IMG/VR virus record: IMGVR_UViG_3300046167_000798
DNA: 64,000 nucleotides
Origin: a virus
Lineage: Duplodnaviria > Caudoviricetes
Direction: 5' to 3' (one strand)
How positions within the stretch are numbered: the first letter of the stretch is position 1; every line of letters begins with the position of its first letter. The notes under the pieces were generated by a model, which worked only from the letters and a program-made list of their open reading frames with translations, was not told the DNA's origin and did not search any database. The position numbers and the translations under genes were made by a program. Shown here in pieces: positions 51,709 to 60,206 of the stretch.

Positions 51709-54700
51709 CTTGGGAAAATCCTTTTTCTTTTTTAATTTCAATAAGGCCATCTACAACATCTCTCATTGAGTCGATGTGTGAAATAATCATAACGAAATCA
51801 AACTGAGTTTTAAGGTATGTAAACAACATAAATAGGGATTGTAGGTTCTCACTATCTAATGTACCGAATCCTTCATCTATCACAAGGAAATTAGGTCTTG
51901 GTAGGTTACATACATTGATTAGAGCAACTCTAATTGCTAAACCACTAATAAACCTTTCCATTCCACTACACATTTCCAAACTCCATCTCTGGTCTCCATA
52001 CACTAAATAAGCATTAATGTTTTTACCATCAATTTCTAATTGCATTCCAAACTCTACGATTTGTGCAAGAATATTGTTTACCTCACCCTCAATCATTGGT
52101 AATGCTTTTTCAATCAATTCATAAGATACACCATCTTTGGAAAGAGCATTTAAGTAGAAATCAAATAATCTACTTTGAGATTCCATATCCTTAACCTCAT
52201 TGATTCTATCTTCAATAGTTTCTTTCTGATTCTGTAATGCTGATACTTTACCATTTAATTTAAGAACATCTGTATTTACTTTTCTTAAATCATCTTTAGT
52301 AACACTCAAGTTTTCTCTTACCGATTGTATATCAGTTCGTATCTGTTTGTTCTTTATAATTTGTTTCTCATTCTTATAATATTCCTTTATAAGTTGTTCC
52401 TGTTGAGTAATTTGTTGTTTATTTCGTAATTCCTCAGTTTCAATTGTTGATAACTTGTTGATAAGTTGTGATATCTCTCTATCAATTTTATCTTCTTTAT
52501 TCTTTGCTTCAATATAGTTATTCCATTCATCCTCATATCCTTTTAAAGAATCAATCACCAACATCAATTGTAATCTTGTCTTATCATTATCTGTAAATAA
52601 CTCTTGGTAATGAGATATATCGGCTTCTACCTTTTCTTTTTGTTGTAGAATAGTTTCAGAGTTTTCCATACAAATATCACACTCTTCATTATATTTGTGT
52701 TTATCTAAATGGTCTTTTCTTTCATATAAAGAATCTTTTTTAATATTGATTTTATCAATTGTAGATTCAATATCTCTTAGTTTATCTTTCGAATCTTTTA
52801 ATTTACCAATACCAGCTTCTAATTCTTCTTCATCAAATTTATCAACGATTTCATCTAAAGTGATTTGTAATTCTTCTCTATGGGTAATTCTATCTTGTGT
52901 AGATTTTTTATCCGATTGAATTGTATCTCGTTTGGATTCGAGTAATTTTAATCGTTTTTCAAGTTCTTCAATTGAAACTCCACTATCTGCATTTAACTTT
53001 ACGATTTTTTCATTTAGAGATATAATCTTTTTATTTAAAACTTCTTCTTCATCTTTGAGAGCCTTTTGATTCATCTCATAAAGTTTGTACTCGTTTTTGT
53101 TTGATTTTAAATCAGTGTCGATTTCCGCCAATTTTGTCGTAAAATCATCGGACTTGAATTTTCTGATAAGTGTTGCATTATCTCTATTCTCATCAGCTGC
53201 CTTCTGATATAGTTTATCAAAGATGTTTACACCTATGAATTGTGAAAGTATTTCTTTTCTTTCCGATTGTGATTTATCTATAAAGAGTGCATTGTTTCCT
53301 TGTAGGGAAAGAGCAGTTAGAACGAAATCCTCGAACTTACCTAAGTACTTTTCAATCTCTTTGTTTGTATCTTTTCGTTGTTCACCATTAAGTGATTCTA
53401 TAACTCCATTGTTATCTCTCCAAAAATCTACATCTACTTTTACTGATGTTGCTTTTCTAACATATTTGGCTCTTCTTTCAATATAGTAGTTAATACCATC
53501 TATCTCGAAGTTGAACTTACAATAGAAGTTTGTCTTACGGTTATTAATGATGTTTTTAGAGATGTTTGTACGAGAAGTCTTATCGTAGATACAAAATGAT
53601 AATGCATCGAAGAGAGAGGATTTACCTGAAGGCATTAGGAGCAAAGATACCAACGATACCTTGTGCTTTATCAAACCTTACTTTATTATCCTCACCATAC
53701 GAGAACATATTAGAAAACTGAAACTCTTTCGGTGTCCATAATATATTACCCATTTGACCAGATTCATCTATATGTGAATTCAATTCTGAGTTTATTTCTG
53801 CTATCCTATCTAATTCATCATCTTCTAAAAGATATTGTCTTTCTAAGTAATCTCTTATGAGTTGGTTTTGGAATGTTTCATTTTTAACATCACCAACTAT
53901 ATTTTTGTTTACCTTTTGATTTGTTTTTAATTGTCCGATTGTATCGGTTCTAGTTACAGTAACTTCAGCAACTTTGAATAACTTCTTTAGTTCAGTTATT
54001 CTTCTTTTCATATCAGAAGCTTCTGTCTTTGTAAATCGTAATCTTAATCTTGGATACTTTGGAAGTTTAGTACCAACTTCATCATATACCCATTGAGGTA
54101 TCTTACCATCAACTACATCTACTGTTAGAATCCATAATCATTATGTAAGTGATGTTCTGTAAAAGTTCTTGTAGGAATATCCCAAAGTAGATATCCATGA
54201 TTTTCTAGTAACTCACCATGATTCTGTTGAACCATAGAACCAGCATATGCAATATGTTCATACCCTTCACCAAAGGTTTGTCTTTTGTGAATATCACCCA
54301 ACATGGCCATATCGAATCCATCAAACATATCTACTTGAAATGAGTTTGAAGAAACGGTATAGCCGATATCTGTTTGAGCTTTGTTTACCGGTCCATGAAA
54401 AAGACAGATTGTATTTTCTCCATCAATGGTATTTCCTTTAGGCCAATTCTCCTTGTTATCCAATATAGAATAGACAACAAAAGTAAGATTGTGGATATTG
54501 TAAACACCAGTATCACGAAGATAATGAATTCTATCGTTTCCAAGATTTTGGATAATAGGTGTGAGTACATCGAGTCTGTGTGAATTATTTAAGTTACAAT
54601 CATGGTTACCTGTGATTAATACAGTTTCTCTTAACTTAGCACACTCTGTAAGAAACCAACTTATTTCGTGTACGAGTTCTGGTGACATCTCAGTTTTTGC

Positions 54701-54856
54701 GTGAGCAATATCACCGGCAATATAGATTAGAGAATCCTCTATATTGTCTTGTTTAACTTGTTTTAAGAATTTTTTGAATACTAATCTGTATTCCTTGTGC
54801 CTTTGGAGATTTCTAATATGTAAATCTGCCAAATGGTAAACCTTATTTATTATCAT
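51698..54856 (-). CDS. SbcD-SbcC (Mre11-Rad50, gp47-gp46-like) fusion, ~1052 aa; indels near 54129 (-1) and 53631 (+1)
   Basis: Nuclease motifs DLH, GD, GNHD, HG, GDIH. Walker A GIFAPNASGKS (after repair), Zn-hook CDIC, signature CSGME, Walker B VIDEGFGTLD, IISH. Confidence 0.85.
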
Positions 54857-55801
54857 AAACCTTTTAACTTTTGTGATATAATATCACCGAATCCTGTTTT
54901 CTTAGATTCTTTTAATTTATTATTTACTTCTGTGAACCCCATTTCAGATGCATCTTTATCTGTGGGTTTAATATTTTTTGTAGTGATTCCTTGATTTTGG
55001 AATTGCATAGTATAACGTAACGCTTGTTCTTGAGCATCTTCATCTAATAAGATGTTTATAGAAGATACTCCATTTTTAAATATAGCATCATTTAATTTTT
55101 TAGGAACAAACTTACCCAATATAGGAATAGAATTTCTTTTAACTGCCATTGCATCAAATACACCCTCTACTAAGGTAATTGGCTCATTCCAATTTATTTG
55201 ATTTTCAAACATTATAACATTTTTAGAAACTGGTGGATTCTTTGTATTTAAACTTTTCCTCAGAGTGTACAGACCGTCGCGATGAAGTAATTGAGTCTAT
55301 TATCCAAATCATAGGAAGGAATAATAATCCTATTAGAATACATACCACCATCACAATACCCAATATTATATTTAGTAATATCTTCTTTAGTAATACCTCT
55401 ATCTTCAGCATACTTAAGAGCCTTTCTGTACACAGGATTTACTTTACCCTTTGGTACTTTTAGTAATGATTTAAATTCACTTGGTAATCGTAACTCTACC
55501 CTTTCATCAACAGTATCTTTATTATAAACTACATAATCATCACCATAGATTTCGTATAACTTTTCTTTATTTACGAGCATCTACATGAAGTCTTTTAAGT
55601 AATCTCTGTATTTTTCTTCCTTTTGCATCACAAACCCAACAATGCCAATATTGTGTTTTAATATTAACTTGTAGTTTTTTCTTATGATGATGACAAAAAG
55701 GACAATAGTGTGCCTGTTCATCATTTTTCATAGATGTACCAGGCCCCTAAAACATCATTTAATATATTAATAACTTCTTGTTTCTCGTGATGTGAGAGCA
55801 T
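54853..55801 (-). CDS. DNA primase (Zn finger + Toprim), ~314 aa; four +1 indels near 55745, 55567, 55278 and 55242
   Basis: HYCPFC..WHCWVC, RIIIPSY, YFIARS..KYKNPP (repaired), LVEGVFDA, LDEDA, DKDASE. Confidence 0.85.
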
Positions 55802-55820
55802 AATTACACTTTTAACAATA

Positions 55821-55852
55821 CAAATATACGAAATTATTCCGTAATTTCCAAG
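55821..55852 (-). promoter_or_regulatory. Bacteroidota-type housekeeping promoter (CTTG-N20-TATATTTG)
   Basis: TAnnTTTG -7 element 19 nt upstream of primase ATG 55801, with a TTTG-like -33 element at consensus spacing. Confidence 0.65.
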
Positions 55853-56286
55853 TCTTTTCTAAAAAACTTTCCTAATAGGTTATCATTTAGAGATAATTTA
55901 TCAGCAAGTACATTATGAGAAAACTGTTCCTGTAACTCATAATATGTTAATGCCTTCTTAGTTTTACAAAATCTAAGTATCCTTAGTTCTAATCTATCAT
56001 TTATTTCTCCTCTCGGTTCTTGTTCCATAGATAAAGTGTTCGAATGAAACCATAATTGTACTGAGGCATTTGATGAACGATAATCTTGCCACTTAGATTC
56101 TTTTATCACCTTTCTTTTTCTTTTGTAACCTTTTAATGGTGGTAAAGTTCTATGTGAATATAAGGATTTTTTTCCTATATAATATTGACCAGTTTGGCCA
56201 TTTGTAATCTTGTATATAAATCCGATAGTCCCCTCGGGCATATCTGATATTTCTGTTATTGGTCTTCCGTTAAAATTCCATCCCAT
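55834..56286 (-). CDS. GIY-YIG-like protein
   Basis: GFIYKITN..YYIGKK; likely start ATG 56286 (MGWNFNG). Confidence 0.65.
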   Translation of the reverse strand: MGWNFNGRPITEISDMPEGTIGFIYKITNGQTGQYYIGKKSLYSHRTLPPLKGYKRKRKVIKESKWQDYRSSNASVQLWFHSNTLSMEQEPRGEINDRLELRILRFCKTKKALTYYELQEQFSHNVLADKLSLNDNLLGKFFRKDLEITE

Positions 56287-56839
56287 AGTTAAAAATCTTG
56301 AAATCATTATAATACCTCTCTCTCACCCACTCCTTCATCCACTCTTCAGAATAATAATATTTGTAATATTTTTCCTGGTTTAAGTTTGGATGATTGTTGT
56401 GTATTGGATTATTATTTAGATGTGGTAACTTTTCTTTATAATTAAGTTTTTTAAATAACACAGCGGTATCTTCTAATAAGTTTTCATATCTTCCTATAAA
56501 AGATACTTCTTTAGTATTTGTTTTTCCTTCGTTAATATAATAACTTTGAGGTATAATCCATGTATCGTTTTGATTTATTGTTTCAGTAAACTCACGAAAA
56601 TTACTTGAATAAATACCTTTTCTAACTCCATGTTGCCATGCAGACATCAATCGTGTAAAAGGATTCCTTACTATTGTAAATATAAAATATTCATTATCTG
56701 GAACTGCACGTATAGAATCATGTGAAGTATATATTTCCACAGATTCCTTAGTTAGTAATACTTTGTTAATTGATGTTCCTCCGGTTTTAGGGACATGAAT
56801 AAATGCCCATTTTTCAGAGTGATTTAGAAGTAAACTCAA
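56270..56839 (-). CDS. Carbohydrate sulfotransferase (Sulfotransfer_2 family)
   Basis: 5'-PSB FIHVPKTGGTS, 3'-PB VRNPFTRLMSAW, FIGRYENL, YYNDFKIFNY. Confidence 0.85.
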   Translation of the reverse strand: MSLLLNHSEKWAFIHVPKTGGTSINKVLLTKESVEIYTSHDSIRAVPDNEYFIFTIVRNPFTRLMSAWQHGVRKGIYSSNFREFTETINQNDTWIIPQSYYINEGKTNTKEVSFIGRYENLLEDTAVLFKKLNYKEKLPHLNNNPIHNNHPNLNQEKYYKYYYSEEWMKEWVRERYYNDFKIFNYGMEF

Positions 56840-56855
56840 AATTAATTGATTTAAG

Positions 56856-57035
56856 TTATTTTATTGTATCTGAGTACTTTTTCAGATTCAATTTACCACC
56901 TCTTGCTTGTGCAAGTGCCTTATTATCTTTGTGTAATTTGTTTTGATTATCAGCAGATATAGGTGTTTTATCTTTTCCTTTGTCCGCAAGTTTTGCGAAT
57001 TCGGACTTGTTGTATAAATCTTGTATTGATGCCAT
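56856..57035 (-). CDS. Small hypothetical protein (59 aa, MASIQDLYNKSEF..YSDTIK)
   Basis: AAGGAG ribosome-binding site and the ATATTTATAT motif upstream; not in ORF track. Confidence 0.75.
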   Translation of the reverse strand: MASIQDLYNKSEFAKLADKGKDKTPISADNQNKLHKDNKALAQARGGKLNLKKYSDTIK

Positions 57036-57055
57036 ATTAGTATCTCCTTGTTATT

Positions 57056-57065
57056 ATATAAATAT
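57056..57065 (-). promoter_or_regulatory. ATATTTATAT motif, putative late promoter
   Basis: Exact 10-mer 20 nt upstream of ATG 57035. Confidence 0.6.
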
Positions 57066-57068
57066 AGA

Positions 57069-58172
57069 TTAAGTATCGAAACGAACAATAAAGTTCATAT
57101 CATAATCTGGTAAATTCTTTATTGGTTTAGGTAATTTAGCAACCGCAATCATATTATTATCATCATCATATAAACCAATTGTTGTAATAAATGGTGCTAA
57201 ATAAGAACCAGTTGGGTCTATTGATGCAGATGTATGATAATCATCCCAACTACCACTTACTGATGGTAGATGTGAACCTGTTATTGATGATTTTAATTTT
57301 ATATCTCCTACCTCTTTAATCTTAACAGTTTCCGCTGGTTTAACATTTGGTATAGCCGTTGTTGTAAAATCATATGAGTTTGTTAATACAACATCTACAG
57401 CAGATGGACTTTGTGAAGTATTAAATTCACCAGCCTTAGAACTTACTAAAACTTCTGTTTCGTAAATTGTTTTAGTACTTCTATATTCTAATGAATAACT
57501 TGTAATCAATTCAGTTAAAACTATTAAACCATCTTCATAGAAAATATTACCAAATTGAGAAGCATCGATTGATAGTCCATCGAAATCTAATACTTCAGAT
57601 ACTTTCATCAATCCTGCTTGTAAATCAAATGAAACTATATTTACTACATCTGTATCTGTACCAAACGTTACTGTCATTTCACCTGATTCTAAATCAGTTG
57701 GAGAACTAGGATGTATTGTTCCAGTAAATACCTCACCATCGTTATCAGTTATAGTAATTTGACCTAATTCAAAATCAATACTTGTAAGAGTATATTCAGG
57801 AACACTTGAGAATATATTACCACTACCATCATCACTATAAATACTATCATTATCGTGATTTACTATTTGAACTGATTTGGATTTTATAGCTTCACCATAT
57901 AATTCTTGAGGAACTGCAATGGTATAAATAGTATTAGCTATCTTTCTTTCTGCACTAAGATTAGATAAATCAGAAACTTTACCAAATAAAGTAATGGCAG
58001 TTGCATCTGAATTATAAAACTTAGAATTTATAGAATTCCAAAGAGAATAATTATCACTTCCATAACTATTTGAAGCAGATACAACAGCATAATCAGAATT
58101 ACTTATAGACCATTCTTTATAGACCTTAAAGTTTCTTTTACTTATATTCGATTTTGGTATAGTTTTTAACAT
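57069..58172 (-). CDS. Putative baseplate/tail-collar structural protein
   Basis: C-terminal FITTIGLYDDDNNMIAVAKLPKP resembles tail-collar fibre (DUF3751-type) motifs; paralogue of 58256-59485. Confidence 0.6.
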   Translation of the reverse strand: MLKTIPKSNISKRNFKVYKEWSISNSDYAVVSASNSYGSDNYSLWNSINSKFYNSDATAITLFGKVSDLSNLSAERKIANTIYTIAVPQELYGEAIKSKSVQIVNHDNDSIYSDDGSGNIFSSVPEYTLTSIDFELGQITITDNDGEVFTGTIHPSSPTDLESGEMTVTFGTDTDVVNIVSFDLQAGLMKVSEVLDFDGLSIDASQFGNIFYEDGLIVLTELITSYSLEYRSTKTIYETEVLVSSKAGEFNTSQSPSAVDVVLTNSYDFTTTAIPNVKPAETVKIKEVGDIKLKSSITGSHLPSVSGSWDDYHTSASIDPTGSYLAPFITTIGLYDDDNNMIAVAKLPKPIKNLPDYDMNFIVRFDT

Positions 58173-58189
58173 ACAAAGGTTTCTCCTCT

Positions 58190-58199
58190 ATATAAATAT
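58190..58199 (-). promoter_or_regulatory. ATATTTATAT motif, putative late promoter
   Basis: Exact 10-mer 17 nt upstream of ATG 58172, followed by GAGGAG. Confidence 0.6.
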
Positions 58200-58202
58200 A
58201 TT

Positions 58203-58232
58203 GAAATAAAAAACCCCACTCGTGGTGGGGTT
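58203..58232 (-). terminator. Intrinsic terminator
   Basis: Stem AACCCCAC / GTGGGGTT with a 5-nt loop, followed by a T-tract on the minus strand, just after the stop at 58256. Confidence 0.85.
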
Positions 58233-58255
58233 ATTTAAAATTATAAGTTTATAGA

Positions 58256-59485
58256 TTAGAAATCAAGTTTTACTTTGATTAATACTTCCTTATCAAATGA
58301 TTTTGGAACTGGTTGTGATGTTTTAGCCACCGCAATAAGTTCGTTAGCATCACTATATAATCCAACTGTTGTAATAAATGTTCTTGGGTCTTTTTCAAAA
58401 GTTGATTCTGCAAAAGAATTATCTGAACCAGTTACGAATGTTGGGTTATTAGAATAATTATATTCTCTGTTTGTTGCTCTTACGAAGTAATGTGAAGTAG
58501 AAACGTTTTCTGTTCTTCTTGCTTCAAAATCATTACCACCTTTAATTGCATTGTGTAATAAGAAATGATTTTTAGCTTCTGCATTTACTGCCAAAGAAAC
58601 TGATGCATTATCTGCATTATCTTTATCAATTGATGTTCCTATTAAACTATGAACAGCAGTTGGGTTAAGAACAACTAATCCTTGTTCTGGATAGAATAAA
58701 CCTAAACCTTGACCATTTGAAGCCGTAAGTGAGTTTACAGTTGCTGCATTTTCTGTTCCTAAATTAAGTGAACCACTACCTACATTAAATACTCTTCCTG
58801 CCTTTCCAACAGTATCATCAAATTTCTTACCACTATCATCAATTAATGTAGAGATTCCAGCAGAACCACTAAGTTTTAATGACCAGTTTCCTGCATCCAT
58901 TTTCTCTTTGTAACGGGCACGAGCTACATTGATTACATAGATACTATCGGAATCGTGTGTTCCAGCTGCAGATGAAGAAAAGAATGTAAATTTACTATCA
59001 TCTTGGTCTAAAAGAATTGATTTGTATTGAGCATAAGTTGCTTTAGATGCTAATGTAGATGAATCAGAGTTTGCTAATGATATAGAACCCTTTCCTTCTC
59101 TGTGTCCATAAGCAACTGCATATTGTATTGCTGCTGATGAATCAGATGATGGATTTTTATCATATACATTTAAGTAATAGTTTGAACTTGCTGCTGATGC
59201 CTGAGTTGATGAAGTAAAGAAAGTATTTAAACTTCCAGTATCTCCACTCCAAAGACCAGTAGTAACAACTTCTACTTTACCTGTAATTTGGTCGAATTCT
59301 CCAAATCTCTTATAGATACCATTGGTGATTTGTCCACCACTTGCACCTAATTTATCACCACCACTTAAGTATTGGTTAATGATTTCTGTTAATTGTTCAG
59401 AAGTAAGGTTACCTTGATTACCGGATAAATAATTCGATAATTCTGCTGATAAATTTACTCCTGCTTGTCCGTTTATTTGTGCCAT
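58256..59485 (-). CDS. Putative baseplate/tail-collar structural protein
   Basis: FITTVGLYSDANELIAVAKTSQP C-terminus; paralogue of 57069-58172. Confidence 0.6.
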   Translation of the reverse strand: MAQINGQAGVNLSAELSNYLSGNQGNLTSEQLTEIINQYLSGGDKLGASGGQITNGIYKRFGEFDQITGKVEVVTTGLWSGDTGSLNTFFTSSTQASAASSNYYLNVYDKNPSSDSSAAIQYAVAYGHREGKGSISLANSDSSTLASKATYAQYKSILLDQDDSKFTFFSSSAAGTHDSDSIYVINVARARYKEKMDAGNWSLKLSGSAGISTLIDDSGKKFDDTVGKAGRVFNVGSGSLNLGTENAATVNSLTASNGQGLGLFYPEQGLVVLNPTAVHSLIGTSIDKDNADNASVSLAVNAEAKNHFLLHNAIKGGNDFEARRTENVSTSHYFVRATNREYNYSNNPTFVTGSDNSFAESTFEKDPRTFITTVGLYSDANELIAVAKTSQPVPKSFDKEVLIKVKLDF

Positions 59486-59500
59486 TTTATTTTCCCCTTA

Positions 59501-60128
59501 TTAACTAGATACATATGTTACTGTTACAGGAATAGTTTGTGAACCACCTGTTTCGTTACCATATACTGTAATTGTTGATTTAATTGTTGCCGTTATATTA
59601 GGATTAGGAATAAACGTAAATGTTAATCCTGTTTCAATTGCAGCGGTTGTTGTAATTTCATCACCTAGGAATGAAGGTACTGTTCCTGCTGAGTTTGATA
59701 ATCCTGTACCAACGATTGAACCAGCATTCTTGTTAGAAAGAATGATAGTATATCCACTCTGAGTGTTACCACTTGGTGAAGTTGTTGGTGTAAGTGAAAC
59801 CTGTCCACTTTCTTGGTTTACTGATATTGAAGGTACACCAAATTCTACTTTTGGAATTTTAGTTGTTCCTTTTGGTAAAGTTACCAATTTATATTTTAAG
59901 ATTTGAGTTTCATCTGGTGAAGCCCTCAGTAATCGGAATCGCTTTGATTGCCGCATCATAATATGCACTTCCTTTTGGATGTGCTGGTTCGTAAAGTGTG
60001 TAATCTACCTCATCATCACCTAGTGCGAATTTTGAGATATTTAAACCTTCACCAGATGCTAATTTTTCTCTACCCTTTTTGGTAAGAATTGCATCTACTG
60101 TTATTTCTGTGTTATTTAAATAAGCCAT
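59501..60128 (-). CDS. Putative tail-collar/baseplate protein (~208 aa); +1 indel at 59923-59925
   Basis: AILTKKGREKLA..ISKFALGDDE; joins ..ITEASPDETQILKYKLVTLP.. after deleting one base. Confidence 0.65.
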
Positions 60129-60155
60129 AATTAAATTTTCCTCTTGTTATTCAAT

Positions 60156-60165
60156 ATATAAATAT
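60156..60165 (-). promoter_or_regulatory. ATATTTATAT motif, putative late promoter
   Basis: Exact 10-mer 27 nt upstream of ATG 60128. Confidence 0.6.
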
Positions 60166-60206
60166 AAGTATTTTATAAAAATATATTATTTCTAATCTTT
60201 TATTCG

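Noticed and set aside
51698-55801. Pseudogenisation or programmed frameshifting of primase and SbcDC
   Set aside because: There are no consistent slippery heptamers, several breaks occur per essential gene, and all catalytic motifs are intact; sequencing error is more parsimonious.
55834-56286. Mobile homing endonuclease or intron
   Set aside because: It is a short free-standing ORF with no interrupted host gene or intron structure and no obvious DNA-binding extension.
30454-57088. Short minus-strand ORFs 9524-9706, 30454-30636, 54385-54570, 55223-55411, 56888-57088
   Set aside because: They are out-of-frame overlaps of real genes or fragments created by indels.
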